From assembly GCA_965649825.1 (NCBI GenBank), contig OZ287709.1, positions 248,001-312,000 on the forward strand: a DNA stretch of 64,000 nt, in the 5' to 3' direction. Each line of letters starts with the position of its first letter. Position 1 is the stretch's first letter. Positions 23,705-36,511 of the stretch are shown piece by piece. A program made the position numbers and the translations under genes. The stretch is from Penicillus capitatus (taxonomy: Eukaryota; Plantae; Chlorophyta). The notes below the pieces were generated by a model. It ran no database searches. It saw only the letters and a list, made by a program, of their open reading frames with translations, and was not told the origin of the DNA.

Positions 23705-25465
23705 ATGCGCGCACGCAGCGGACGTCGCGAATCCTGGTCCAAAAGGGGCGTCGGCGTCGCCATCTGTTCGTTCGTCACGCTCTCCTTCTTTCTATCGTGG
23801 TGGGAGCTCTCCTACCGCGATACCGTTTCCCGCGGAGGGCGTTGGCGTCCAAATATCCAAATCAATGTCGTCGACAAGGACGGTATCGTCCTGCGCGGCG
23901 GCGCGGGATTTCAGGGCGCCTCGCGACACGGCAATCTTGCCGGACGGAGCCCGAGGAGAGGCGTCGTGGACGAGGAAGACGTACCAGTCTCAGACGGGGG
24001 AATCCGGGAGACGCCTCCCGATGCGCCCTATCGTCTGATCCAGCTGCCGAAGGCAGTCAATGCAGCCGCCGCTGCGTGCGAAGAGCAGCCAGCGGATTGC
24101 CGACGGTTCAACGACTTCGTCCAGAGCATGATTCAGGGAGCCACATCGGAAGACCGAGCCCGCCTGTACATCGTTCCGGTCGATCCTCTGGCCATGATCC
24201 GCGAGGTGAATCCCAATCTCTACGCGAAACTCCTGCGGACGCTGATCGACGAGCTCAACTCCTCGAGGCCGTACATCCGATTCAAAGGATCCGACCACGT
24301 CTTCGTGTGCCTGGCGGCGGCTTGCCAATCGTTCGGGGAGGAACTTGCCGAGAAGCTGGCAGACGATCGCGGAACGAGGGCAATCTTCGCGGGCGTCGAT
24401 CTCGACGTCGAGCGTCTGACGTGGCCGTGTCCGCTCAGAACGCTGAACATCGATCGGCAAGCGGTCCGGGATCTCGGTTCCCTGCCCGGAAAGATCACGA
24501 GAGAGGCTGCTTTCATGATCGACCGCCACAACCGCTGGGTGTGCGCGGACGAGTTCCACGCCGCCAACCACTTCGGCAGCTACGAGTCCTCGATGGACGT
24601 CGGCGGCATCTACATGGACGAGTGAGTGGGACGTTCGCAGGGTGGGAGGGCGGAGCGAGCAGAGTGCGTGCGGATGCTGTTTAGGTACCAGTTCACGATG
24701 TGCCTCAATCCCAAGAGCGGCAGCACGATGATGATGTTTCTGCTCAGAAGAATGAAGCACAGGAAGGACTGGAGGTCGAGAAAGAACGGCCTTCCCCACA
24801 ATCCTGAGCTTTCCGGACTGGACTACGTGTCGAGCATCAAGAGGAAGGACCCCAATGTCGTCAAGGCAGTGCTCTCTGAACCGGACGGCGTCGCGTCTGA
24901 GACGACTGTTGTCTAGGCGATCTACGACAGTCCCTTCATTCTGAAGGCCGTTCTGGTGCGTCACCCGATCCCGCGTCTGCTCTCGGCCTACCTCGACAAG
25001 ATCGAGGTGCTGAAGGAGTACAACAGAGTGGAGGGCTTGGAGGCATACGTGAAGGCGCGCGGAGTGCCGTCCTTCGCGGAGTTCGTCGAGTACCTCATCA
25101 CCACCTTTCCCGATCCAGACGTTCTGGAGGAGCACTTCCAGATCCAGTCCGCCAGGTGCGGAGCACGCTACCACAGGTTCGACTTCGTGGGACATCTCAG
25201 CGATGTCGGCACGGAGTTCAAGGAGTTCGCACAGTCCTTGAAGTTCTACGACGAGTACGTTGCGACCGGATGGGGAGAGGACGAGAAACAGCAGTTCGGT
25301 GTGCGCTCCTACCAAGTGGACCAACGCTACGCAGGAATGCAGATCTGGAAGTACTACACGGACGAGCTGATGACGAAAGTCTACCGGTACTACAAAGAGG
25401 ATTTCGATCGATTCGGATTCACCCTGGACGAGATTCTGGTCACGAAACCGTCGACACGTCATTGA
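23705..25465 (+). CDS. Type II membrane protein: exostosin(GT47)-like segment fused to a carbohydrate sulfotransferase (Sulfotransfer_2)
   Basis: N-terminal TM GVGVAICSFVTLSFFLSWW; ARLYIVP...PYIRFKGSDHVFV (GT47-like); CLNPKSGST (5'-PSB), VRHPIPRLLSAY (3'-PB), HFQIQ, FDFVGHL and YYKEDFDRFGF. Introns about 24623-24683 and 24867-24916. Confidence 0.85.
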
Positions 25466-27800
25466 AGCAAAGGAAAGCGCAAACCAGCTTGACGAACACT
25501 GTCTATCTAGCCTTTTCTTGTGGATCCCGTGAAGGAACGCAGAGGGACAGATAAGTGAATGGTTAGATAAGAAACCTGCGTAATGGTTCGCTCGTTCGGT
25601 TCGGGTGCTTAAGATGTCGAGAGTCCGTTTGGCTGTTTAGGCGGACAGGGGTGAGTACGAGTCGTGGTTTTCGAAACGGACAGCACTGACAGCACGGCTG
25701 TATCTTACGTAAGATGCAGATTTTACGCGTAAGGCAATTAACTTCCTAGACATTTTAAACGCTGCGCCAAGGCAGATTCACAGCCTTTCCTTTTTGACTT
25801 TTGCCGAAGAACATGCCAGGTCGACTAGACATCGCCGTGGCCCTTCTGGGCCCTTTCAACTTTGGTAAGCACGGAAGATCTCTTGTTGTTATCTAGAGTC
25901 AAGCATTTCGTCGACAGGTTTGGCTATGTCCGTCATGAATACGATGCTGGAAGCAATCTCAGAAGACTTAGGATTCGAAGAGAATGTTGGCGGTGCCGTG
26001 GCTTCTGCCGCCCTTTACGCCGGTGCAGTTATAGGCGGCTTCTTCGTCGGTCCCTTCGAGAAGTGCTGCGGACGATTCGCACAGTTCTGGATCGCGTTTT
26101 TGTTTCTACTGGCGAGTCTTCTCTGTGGCCTGACGAACGAACACAAGTTATGTTGGGGTGAATCGTTTGAGGGATGCGTGCCTTACATGCTGCTTTCTGG
26201 GCGCGTGATGGCCGGCTTCGCGTTTGGGTTTTCCATCGTCATCTCGCCAAAGTAGACCGCGAAGAGACTTAAAGCTTGTCGGCAGCATGTGTTTAGGTTC
26301 TTGGTCGCCGCGTCGACGCCAGCGCAACGTGGCTGTCTTATGGCGGTCGTGCAGGTCTGCCACCCCGCCGAATCTTTTGTACTCTTGTGGAATGCGTGCT
26401 GCAGGTCGTTGTCGCCACGAGTCAGTTTCTTGGACTGATTATCGGCCTCCCGTACGAATTCGACGACTCGTTTGAGCTCGGCTATGGTTGGTGGAGAATC
26501 ATGTTTCTCCTCACATGTCTGCCAGCCATTCTCCAAGTCCGGTCTCGTTCATCACCTTAACTGCATCTCATTGGTTCTGCAGGGCTCACTGGCACTCCTG
26601 ACGCTGTACCGTCCATCAACGGTCGGTAAAGAGCGCGGCCCGATGTGCGAGTCCGTTGTCGTTCAGATGGCAGAGTCCGGAGACAAAAGTCAAGACACGG
26701 GTCACCGCGCTTCCACGTCGGCCAGCGAAACGCATCCAGACGACAAAGTAGACGATTCAGAGATGACAGGTGGCGGAAAGGCTACTCAGCCACATCCCCA
26801 ACTGGACAAGAGCTCTCGTCCGAACCTCGATTCCATGCAGCAATTCCGATTCATCTTCGCAAAACGATATCGCCCGTGTGTCATCCTCGCCATCGGCATC
26901 CCCGTCTTCTGTCAAATGAGTGGCGTCAATGTGTTGGTCTCGTACTCGACCAAACTCTTCGAAGATGCTGGAATGGATGCAGCTATCGTTGGCACCACGA
27001 TCTTCGGCCTGGCAAACATCATTGGAAGCTTCATCAGCATTTGCACCTATGAGAAGTTCGGTCGGATCAAAACTACTCGCGTAAGCGTAACGATTTTGAT
27101 TCTCTGTTGCTTACTGATTGCCTTAATCGACTTGGCATCTTCGACGGTTTCTGGCATTGTGTCGACTGTGTGTGTCACTGTGTTCATCATGGCGTTCGCC
27201 TCCTCCTGTGGACCCATGAATCACACTTATGCTGCCGAAGTCGTCCCTCCCGAGATCGCATCTGTTGTTCTGGGATTGGGCCAGTCACTGTCGCTGATCG
27301 TCAATCTTATTCTAGTCCTTGTATTTCCTGGCATTCTCGACGCCATTGGCGTGCTGCTTTCTTTCTTGTTTTTCTGTGTTGTTTGTGTGTGTTTCTTATT
27401 CTTTCTCAAGCTGTATATGATCGAAACAAAGGGAAAAGATCCCGAAGAGATCTGGAAAGAATCGACAAGATGCTAAATGCAAATGTCGTGTTTACTGAAT
27501 GAGAAAAGTATGTTTTTTCATATTAACACAACAGAATCCAAATAAAACGGAGCTGCTGTAAGCAGAGCCGACAAAATGCATGAGACGTTTTCTATGTTGA
27601 GTTTTAATAAGGCATCAATCTGTAGTTCTTACGTTTTTATTGACCCATGAACCAGAAAAAACTCTGCATCAACTGCAGAGTCTTTCGATAATTTTGGTAT
27701 TGGTTTATTCCTTTCGTCTGCAACATGTTGCTGGAATCCAGTTTTTGCAGTATCTGGAATTCCAGCATTAGATTTCGTTAAAATCCGTTAAATCTGTATC
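25066..27800. repeat. Arm 1 of an inverted segmental duplication (partner about 44770-47513)
   Basis: The sulfotransferase 3' half, the intergenic spacer, the whole sugar porter and the downstream motif (tggaattccagcactag/cattag) recur in reverse complement. Confidence 0.9.
25813..27476 (+). CDS. Sugar porter transporter, copy B
   Basis: MPGRLDIAVALLGPFNF start, same intron layout as copy A, CQMSGVN, AAEVVP and IETKGK. Confidence 0.85.
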
Positions 27801-27827
27801 AGTAACGCATCATCCAGTAACGAATGT

Positions 27828-27913
27828 ATGATCTGGCAATACACTAGTAATCAGCATGGAGAAAGAACACATGATCTGGCAATACACTAGTAATCAGCAT
27901 GGAGAAAGAACAC
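27828..27913. repeat. Perfect 43-bp tandem duplication
   Basis: atgatctggcaatacactagtaatcagcatggagaaagaacac occurs at 27828-27870 and 27871-27913. Confidence 0.95.
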
Positions 27914-29989
27914 ATCTGGCATGCTGATAACGTCAAGCAAAAAACCCCATGTATGATGACTATGTCGTAACAAATCCTCTTAATGGCGATAAAAAAGATT
28001 CACCGCGGTAGCGACGACATAAGCGAAAGTCGACTTGATCTTAGTCACCACCACAGCAGTGGACCTCAAGTACGGATACTACATCTGATTTAACAGAGAA
28101 GAGTGTGACGTGTCAACACGGCAATCTTCATTGTCCTTCTGAGTCCTTTTAAGTGCGGTAGAGACTTTGCCAAAGACCTTTTGTTCTGGTTTTCATGTGG
28201 TTGCGTTCGCAGGCGTCGTAATCGTCATCGTCGACATGATGCTCGAAAAGATGCGAGCGGGTTTGATGTCCGAGAAAACGTTCGTCGTGCTGCGGGGTCA
28301 CCTGTCTTATGCGTCGGTGCCACGCTCGGTGGACACGTAGCTGAGCCATTCTAAAAAGTGAGAGCAAACTCGCTCAGCTGTGGATCGGCTTGCCGTGTGC
28401 GTTCGGCAACATTCTCGCCGGCTTTACAGCAGATAGCAAGTTCTGGCGAGGAGGGCCGTTCGATGGCTGCGTTGCCAGCATGCTGTCCATTGAACGCATC
28501 CTGGCGGGATTTGCTTCGGGCCACATGCTGGTCGAGTCGCCAAAGTACGGCGTCGCAGAAAACACTCTTGGGTTTTGATATTTTCGTGGTCAGGTATCTG
28601 GCAGCAGTCTCGCTCTTGATATACGAGGAAGGATCGGAGCTCGCTCTTGGGTACACCCTCTCTAATTTTATCTCACCCTTTCTCATCCATTGTCACAGTT
28701 GACCCAGGCTATTGGCGTTTTCCTTGGGTTTGCTGTTAGGCATTCCTTACGAGTTCGATGAAGGCTTCAAGACCGAGGGATACGAGTGGTGACGACTCTT
28801 GTTCTTTTTTTGCTACTCTGTCACCTATGCTTCAGGACCGGCGTGTTGCATGTCGTGCCTATTCTAAATTCTTTTGTTTTGAGTGTGTTAACTTTTCTCA
28901 CATTTTCACTCTTTCGCCACTTTGCCGAAAAAGTAAAAAAGAACTTCGACACGAAGAAGTTCCAATCAATTCTGTCGCCAAGATTTCTCTGGCGATGGGA
29001 CTGCCTTGTTTGTAAGGTGTGCGAGTGCTTCTTGGGACGCTGTTTGTCGCGTCAAATGGGTTCACTGACCTCTGAGGGTTCATTTTCTATGGTTTTGGTG
29101 AATAGCTGACTCATCTGCCTAGACGCGTCTTATCACCACGCGCGTACATAATGAATAATCCAAACCACTCCAGACCTTGCTCTGTAAACAACAAAGAAGT
29201 CTTCCGCTGTTAATCTTTTCGTCCGACCCGACCGGCGACAAATTCATCGAGCTTCAGTCGGCGACAGACCAGAACGAACTGCTGCAGGTATTTCACTAAC
29301 GACAGCAACACCAGTGCGTCTCTGCTATTCAGCTAACCGACATGAAAGATATCTACTGGTCGCAGACGCAAGAGACAAGACCTCCGACAAAGAGCGCACC
29401 ACTTGTTGTTACAGAACCGACGAAAGAGAAAGAAGAAACGGAAATAAACCAACCCAAGAGACAGAAAACCCTGAAGTTAAACCAGCACACAAAACACATT
29501 GTCGAGTATCAGGGGCGTAGAGGAGTGAAACGGAATTGGAGGCAACATCTGAAGAGAAGGGAAGCCTGCCAGCGTGTCTGTTGTCGAGACACTAGCAAAG
29601 TCATCTTCGACTAGGGCGCCCGCCCAGTGTCTCTTTCGTAGAAGCGTTGCACTATGTAAAATAGAATAATCAGGTTTAACACTGTGAATTTCTTAATAAT
29701 GGCAATGTTTCTATTGTTCTCGTGTCCTTGAGGATCACAGTCGCATCATTGGACTTGCCATAACAACAACACAACACCGTATCGTTTTCAGTCGATCGAG
29801 ACCAAGAATGGCAAAGAAGGCGAAAAGACTGTCTTTGCTGAAAAGGCGGTGTTGTGTACCGACAGTGACGAGAAAAGGACTGGATGTGGAGCACAAGAAG
29901 TAAACAACAATGTGAACGCTATGATGTCAGAGAACGCGAAAGCGGAGAGCTGTTGATGTAGAAGAATTACGACGGTATTGGTCTGATCG

Positions 29990-31880
29990 TAGAATGCGCA
30001 TTCAAAGTGCGTTGGCATGACAGGATATAGTTATGGGATTTTGATTGGAGAAAGAACAGGAGACAGAGCGGAAAAGCATGTTTGTGTGTACAGAAAAGGA
30101 ATTGTTCTGATCTCCAGTGATCTAGGAGGAACTGCGTTACCGTGTTCTCCCCATTTATGACCCGGGCTTGAAAAAGATAGAGCAGTATTCGCAGAGACAG
30201 GGTTTCTAATTGGGTAGATCTTGTATTGCACTTGTGCGTTTCGGCGAAGCACCTGTCGACGCCCAATGAGTAGGTTTCGGCTTCAAAGTTTGCTTCACCT
30301 CGGACGATCTTCAACCAATCCATCCCAAGGAGAATGTCGGCAATGACAGAAGACTCGTTCGACAGAGTTCATGACATACGATACTCGTATATAACTTTCT
30401 TCGGGGAGAGGGAAGGGCTTCTAATCGTAGGAGGGCTTCTATTTCGAGACAGTTGGAAATTAAGCGTAAATACTCGTTCATGGCTTCTCATCGGGTCGGG
30501 CTACAAACAAGGAGAGCACAATAGAAGTGACAGGTCTGGCTTTCGGAGACGTCGGAAGATCCATCGGGGTCGCTAGGGTTGCTGTTCGGCACGCGGATGG
30601 TGTACCGGATTCCTTGAGGTCCGAGATCAGATGCTCACGGGACCAGTTCTCGATTTCGGTTTTTCATTGATTCGCATTGAGACCTTAAGAGAGTTGTCTT
30701 GACTCCGATGGCAGTGTTGAGAATATTTGTAGAGTGGTCGACAGACGTGTGGGATACGTAACGGGAGGTGAGCTTGCAGATAGCTGCGAGTACTCCTAAT
30801 ACTTAGCATGCTTGAGTAACGAGGTGCGAATCTGTTCTTCGAACGGTTCAGGCATGCTAGAGGTAAGACCTCTAGGTGAGGTGATGTGCACATGGCACCA
30901 GCAATGAGAATTGCTGAGTATCTAAGGACTCGGTTAATTTGCTTCAAACGAGACTGATTTTTGACTACATGAGGGCCCCATGCGGACACTGCATAAGTCG
31001 CCTGAGGTATGAGGAAGCCGCCCGAGTACTAGAGTTCTGAGATTCCAGGGTCCGTGCCCGAGTGCATTGCTGCTATCTTCCCGATCGTCAAGAGTCGTTG
31101 TGCTATCTTCCTTCCTTGGTAGATGATTTGTGCGTGAAATGTGAATCGCTGATCGAAATGGATACCTATGTATTTCATGGTCGTTGTGAGCGCTAGATGC
31201 GCGCACGAAAACGTCAACGCGGAACACTCGAATTCAATAATGATGATGGTTCGCCGGTTCGCATTTGTAGCCAGATGAATGTCTGTATTGGCCTCATCAA
31301 TCGGCCGACCATTGTTGGCGAGAATTGGAGTGAGGTGCCGACGAATGTCAGTCTTGGGATGCGCGCTTTCCGAAGTCTAGTGATGTTCAGAAGCTGCTTT
31401 TTGGATCGGCTATATCCCATGCGGTTCTTAGTACATCAATCTTTCACAACTTGAATTGTGATTTAATGATCCGTAGAGGGGAATCCATCCTTGTCCACCT
31501 GTCGCCGGAGAATAAAACCACCAGCGAAGAGCTGACTCTTCGCTTCTCGTCTCCATATCCTTGGTAGATCATTCACATATATTGCAAACAGTGTCGCTAA
31601 CAATGGACTCCCTTGCGGAACACCTCTGGAGAGCTTAGTGAAATGTGTCTTCGTCTTGATTGTTAACTGTGGGCTGCGGTCCGAAAAAAAACTAAAGGAG
31701 ATGCAGGTGTCTTGTCGCCCGCCGCAGCCATCAAGGGCGCGCGTCATCGTTTGTGTTTCGACTCCAAGTTTTCTCGAAGTGCTTACACGATTACCGACTG
31801 TCGCACCGGTGGCGGAGAACGAGCGAACGCAGTCGAGGAACAAAGTCTGTAGAAGGCGGATATCGCCCGAAGGGGACGGG
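29990..31880 (-). mobile_element. Degenerate non-LTR retrotransposon (RT + RNase H), 5'-truncated
   Basis: SRGVPQGSPLLATLFAIYVNDLP (about 31560-31630), degenerate YADD (LFAGG), TMKYIGIHFDQRFTFHAQI (thumb), and RNase H-like EAETYSL and PGHKWGEHGN. Many stops and frameshifts. Confidence 0.85.
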
Positions 31881-32177
31881 GTCACATCATGAGTTTAAAT
31901 AGTGATACGTACACGACTGTTGTAGCACTTACTTCAGACGATAACATCTTTCTAAGACGAACACGACGAACACGTTTTCTATTTGCGGACGTTTAACAAA
32001 GTCGAAAAGTGTTAAAGGAAGAATAATAATCCGTCGGTCCTAGATTCACCAATACCCTAATTGTAACCGTTATTGATTTTCCAATTGTCCATTCTGGCTG
32101 CCTCTGCTAGAATCAGGCAGACATCTTTGTCATTAGCCTGACATCATTGAATGGCGCGAAGTGCATGGATCGATGTT

Positions 32178-34289
32178 CTACAGCCACGGGGAATTCTCCA
32201 GCGGCATCATGACGGTTTTGACCTACAGTTTTCCACAGAGATTCTGCGGGAGATGACAAACCATAGCTTATGACCTCTGTGAGCTCTCGAAGACCATACT
32301 CTGCGTTCTCGCGTCCTATTCCACTCATTTTGTAACCGCCAAGTGGGGTCGCATTGTCAAAGATTAAATAGCAATTCGCCCAGAACATACCTACAGCACC
32401 TGGACATCCTCTGTGCCACGATACCGTTCGCTCACCTGCTCGGATCGAACGAGAGAGTTTGTTGATGGTATCGACGTTATTGGACAGAACGCTAGCTGCC
32501 AATCCATATGTCGTGTCGTTGGCTCTACGGATGACCTGAAACGCAGATGTTAAGCACGCATCTCCAGTGAGGGCTCCTTCGCATACCTCATCCTCGTCTT
32601 CGAACCTGAAGATGGATTGAACAGGACCGAAGATTTCTTCTCGAGCGATCCTCATCTCATCTTTGACATTGGCGAAGATCGTCTGCTCGATGTAGTAACC
32701 CTTTGATCCAAGACGTTTCCCTCCACATATTAGCTCCGCCCCTAAAGGCAACAGCATTCGTATGGGAAACGATCAGCAGGTGTACTACTACCTTGGTTTA
32801 TTCCGCTGTCGATGCAGTCAAGGATCTTGGCAAACTGTCGATCGTCGATTTGCGGCCCTTGATCGACAGGGGTAAAGGGATCTCCCACCACTCTGTCGTC
32901 ATTCCTGTGAGATGGATCGGAGAAAGGGTAATCTGTACTTGGTTTGCACCAGATCGTGGGCTCGTTCCACAAACGCATCATAGATCTCGGCATGAACAAA
33001 CAATCGACTGCCAGCAACGCATACCTGACCATGGTTCGCAAACGCCGCTCTGTGTGCCAACTTTACTGCCTATGAAGACGCTGACGGACACAACAAGGGG
33101 TGAGAGGAGAGACCGCTTCCAAGTCTGTGTCTGGGAAAACGATAAGAGGCGATTTTCCTCCGAGTTCCAGAGAGACGCGCTTCAGATTGCCACTCGCATT
33201 GCGGAGGATCTCTTGTCCGACTTCGGTGCTCCCAGTGAAGTGTATCTTATCAACATCCATGTGTGACACGAGTGCCGCTCCAGCGACGCCATCTCCAGTC
33301 ACGACGTTAAAGACGCCATCCGGAATGCCGGCCTCCAGTGCGAACTCTGCCAGTCGGATCGCGACCAACGGCGTCTGCTCGGCAGGTTTGAGCACGAGTG
33401 TGTTGCCGGCGGCCATTGCCATGACGGAACGGCACGGCATAAGAAATGGCCCATTCCAGGGACTAATCTGAAACAAACGAAGCCCCATCCTTAGGAACAT
33501 GAGATGGAAGGGTTCGAACGTGTCCAACGACTCCGATGGGCTCGTGCAAAGTATAAGCGAAGAAACTGCCATCTACTGGAATGGTTTCACCGTGGACCTT
33601 GTCTGCCCAACTACACACATGTCTCTGTGTTAAATATCGAAGCACGTTGACTAGAGTGATTGGTGTACTTTGCACAGTAGCGAATGTATTCGATGCCGGA
33701 CGGAATCTCGCGTTCATACGTCGATCTTAGAGTCTTGCCGTTTTCCTGTTCGAGGCAGAGAAGAGCAAAAAGGCACAGGACAGGATGAGGCACCTTACCA
33801 GTGTCGCTAAGAATGCGAGTTCATCAACATGTTGGTCGAGAACGTCTGCAAATTTCCGTAGCATGCGTCCTCTCTCCTAAAGAGTGGGTGGGATGCATCA
33901 GTGAACATCAGCTGAAAGGACGCGTCCGGCGCTTTACCCGTCCAGAGAGTCGAGGCCATGGTCCTTCTTCGAAGGCTCTGCGTGCGGCCTTTACTGCACG
34001 GTCGATATCTTCGGCGTCTCCCTCGGCGACTTCGATGATGGACTGCTCTGTTCGAGGATCGACGACGGCAAATGTCTTCCCGGTGGCAGCGTCCTCCAAT
34101 TGGCCGTCAATCACCAGCTGCCGTCCAAGATCCCGTGAGCATAAAAAGATCTTTGCAACGTGCACCTTCGGTTTAACATTCCGCAGTATGTGAGGGATGT
34201 CTGGTGTTCCATACGGAATCGTCGGACTAAAAGCCAAGACTCAGTCCATCAAAACGGTATGCTTTGCAAACATACGCCGCAGTCGCCAT
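32178..34289 (-). CDS. Aldehyde dehydrogenase family 2-type, copy 1 (no transit peptide, divergent pocket)
   Basis: MATAAPTIP start across an intron; [34 protein letters not shown] (catalytic Cys), EEIFGPV and C-terminal PLENSPWL. Confidence 0.92.
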
Positions 34290-34722
34290 CACCAAACATC
34301 CTCCACTTCTGTTTCTGCCCCTCGAGGCATTCGGAGTCGCGCAGGAGATCAGCCGATTCTTCCAGCATGCTTTATTGGCGAAACCAAGCTGCGACACTCT
34401 CGCGGCTGTGTTCATCAAGAAAATGAGGCTTTCGCACGAGTCGACTAATCAGTGGCGATTGGATCCACTCGGAGACGTGATCTAGAGGTTAATGACGCAG
34501 GCAATTTTACAGAACAGCAGGTAGCAAGCGAGAGCATTTCTGCGTCATCCATCGACAACAAAAGCACGAGATCTCGTCCATCCCTTCTTCCATGCGGAAT
34601 CTCTCATTCGATTGCCACATCTATAAATCCGCGTCCATGCTTTTTTGCTATTCATGGAATCCTTCTGGATTGTCGACATACGCATCGCCAATTCGGCTGA
34701 CACGTTGGAGTGTTGTCATCGG

Positions 34723-35634
34723 CTATTCTCCTCCCTCTCTCATTCTCCTACGAATGCTTTCGGTCCACTCTTTGTTGTGCTGCGTCACTAGGCGGAAATC
34801 GACAAAGGTCAAGTAGGAAAGCACGATGGTTCCGATGCCCATTCCCGTCAGGTATGCATTCTCTAGTCCCGAAACTGGAACGTCGCTTGGAACGCCGTAC
34901 CAGACGTTTTCGGACGATATCCACTGAAAAGCCCAGAAAAGCAGAAACATGGTGATCCAGAAACGCAGCAGACATAGAATCAGGGACGTCATGGATAGCA
35001 ACATCTGCGTCACAACGGACGCGTAAATGAATGGCGCCAGTTCTGCCACAACGACGACGATGATGGCGATCTCCAGCATGTCGAAGTAGACTCGGAGCCT
35101 GGCACCCATGATACAAGGAAACAGGAGATTCAGATAATTCAGCCCCAGCGTAATGCCGCCTCTCGCCACATTCAACCACACCCGTTCTCTCTTGAACCCT
35201 TTAAAATTGAACAAGGAATTGCCAATGCTGTAGAGTGCATAGGCAGAATGTGCATTCCCCAGAAGCTCCTGATGCGGACTCGAAGCAAAGACTCTGTCTG
35301 GCAAGAAAGTGTTGTTTCCTTCGGCCCAGTTAGCGAAGAGTCGGAAGCTGTAAGCAAAACTGAAAGCGGCATGGAAGAGCTCGACAAGTCGATGTGACAG
35401 CCAGACTTGATCCGTGGGCGCAAAGAGACGTCGTCTGAGGATAATACGAACGAGAGAATGGGCGAGAGAGTTCAGAATGACGAAGACGCCTGTCAGGAAC
35501 ATAATTTTGTGCGGCGCGGCGACGCGCATTGCCTCCCAGGACTCTTCCTCTTCCTTCGGCATCCACCAAGCGGAGAGCAGTCCTGACCTATCCATGTTTG
35601 TGGGAGATGCGTCGAATGATGATGATGCGTTCAA
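34723..35634 (-). CDS. Multi-pass membrane protein, TLC (TRAM/LAG1/CLN8)-like, intronless
   Basis: 303-codon ORF with 5-6 hydrophobic helices, RLVELFHA and MLEIA positions reminiscent of TLC domains. The start may be 35595. Confidence 0.6.
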   Translation of the reverse strand: MNASSSFDASPTNMDRSGLLSAWWMPKEEEESWEAMRVAAPHKIMFLTGVFVILNSLAHSLVRIILRRRLFAPTDQVWLSHRLVELFHAAFSFAYSFRLFANWAEGNNTFLPDRVFASSPHQELLGNAHSAYALYSIGNSLFNFKGFKRERVWLNVARGGITLGLNYLNLLFPCIMGARLRVYFDMLEIAIIVVVVAELAPFIYASVVTQMLLSMTSLILCLLRFWITMFLLFWAFQWISSENVWYGVPSDVPVSGLENAYLTGMGIGTIVLSYLTFVDFRLVTQHNKEWTESIRRRMREGGE

Positions 35635-35723
35635 TGCCGTGCGTCAATCTGAAGACAGCAATCTTGTGACAGAAAAGAGAGTGGACGACGTTTGACGTGT
35701 TGCTGTGGTCACAAAGATGTCGG

Positions 35724-36511
35724 ATGCAGAGCAGCGAAAGCAAGACCATAGCGGCGACCTGTATTCAACGCTCTTACCGTCGATGGCGAGAAAAACGCGC
35801 TGCCGGACGGATAAACGCGCGTCTGGGTGATGTCATTGACGTGGATGCGACGACGGAAGTTGAAGCGTCCGGGGACGTGGTCTCGGAGGAGTCGTTGTCG
35901 CGACGTGGAAACGAAAAAAGACGTCGTCGCGCTATCCAGAAATGAAAACGCGGCAGAAGCGAAGTCCGTCGGCTGCGCGCCAAGATCGCCGCTTAGGAGA
36001 AGCTCTTGGTCGAGAACGAACAGCACACCATGCATCAACGCCAACACCTCGTCCAAGTTCTTTCGCGTTACCCTCTGGACGATTGCCTTTAAAAAGAGGA
36101 TAGGAACGCGAGGACTGTTTGGAAAAGGAACAACTGCGAAGTCATGCGCAGCTTGTAAGCGACGAGGAGAAATGGACGATTCAGATGGAGGAAGCAGAAG
36201 AAAACAGTTTGCGGAATCAGTGGATGGAAGACCAGAATCTTCTAGCAAGGGAGCTGGAAGAGGCAAGAGCCCATTGGGAGCATTCCTATCTCAGCTAACA
36301 AACATTTCACAAACGCGCTTTGTAAAAACGCAGCCAAGAGCACACGCAGTACGTCAGACTGTTGTCTCTGCCTCTTTCTTCGACCAATGGTATTAGACAA
36401 AAAGAAGAGCTACAGTTAACGCAGCAACCAGCGCTCGAAGAGATGCGTCAGCAATGCAGCGTCAAACGTACGGAATGTATGAAATCTGCCCGTCAGAAGC
36501 TTCTGCAATAA
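35724..36511 (+). pseudogene. IQ-motif plus coiled-coil gene with multiple nonsense codons
   Basis: IQRSYRRWREKR, then E/Q/K/L-rich heptad-like frames interrupted by TGA 35943, TAG 35994, TAG 36101 and TAA 36296, 36323 and 36509. Confidence 0.5.

Noticed and set aside
23990-25462. Long antisense ORFs (490 aa here; also 59161-60555, 21683-22306, 13869-14417)
   Set aside because: Shadow frames of GC3-biased real genes.
28149-28686. Protein-coding gene on the minus strand
   Set aside because: No recognisable domain, splice structure or consistent frame.
29254-29614. APE endonuclease or chromodomain remnant (DIYWSQTQET)
   Set aside because: Opposite strand to the RT, weak similarity and no further motifs.
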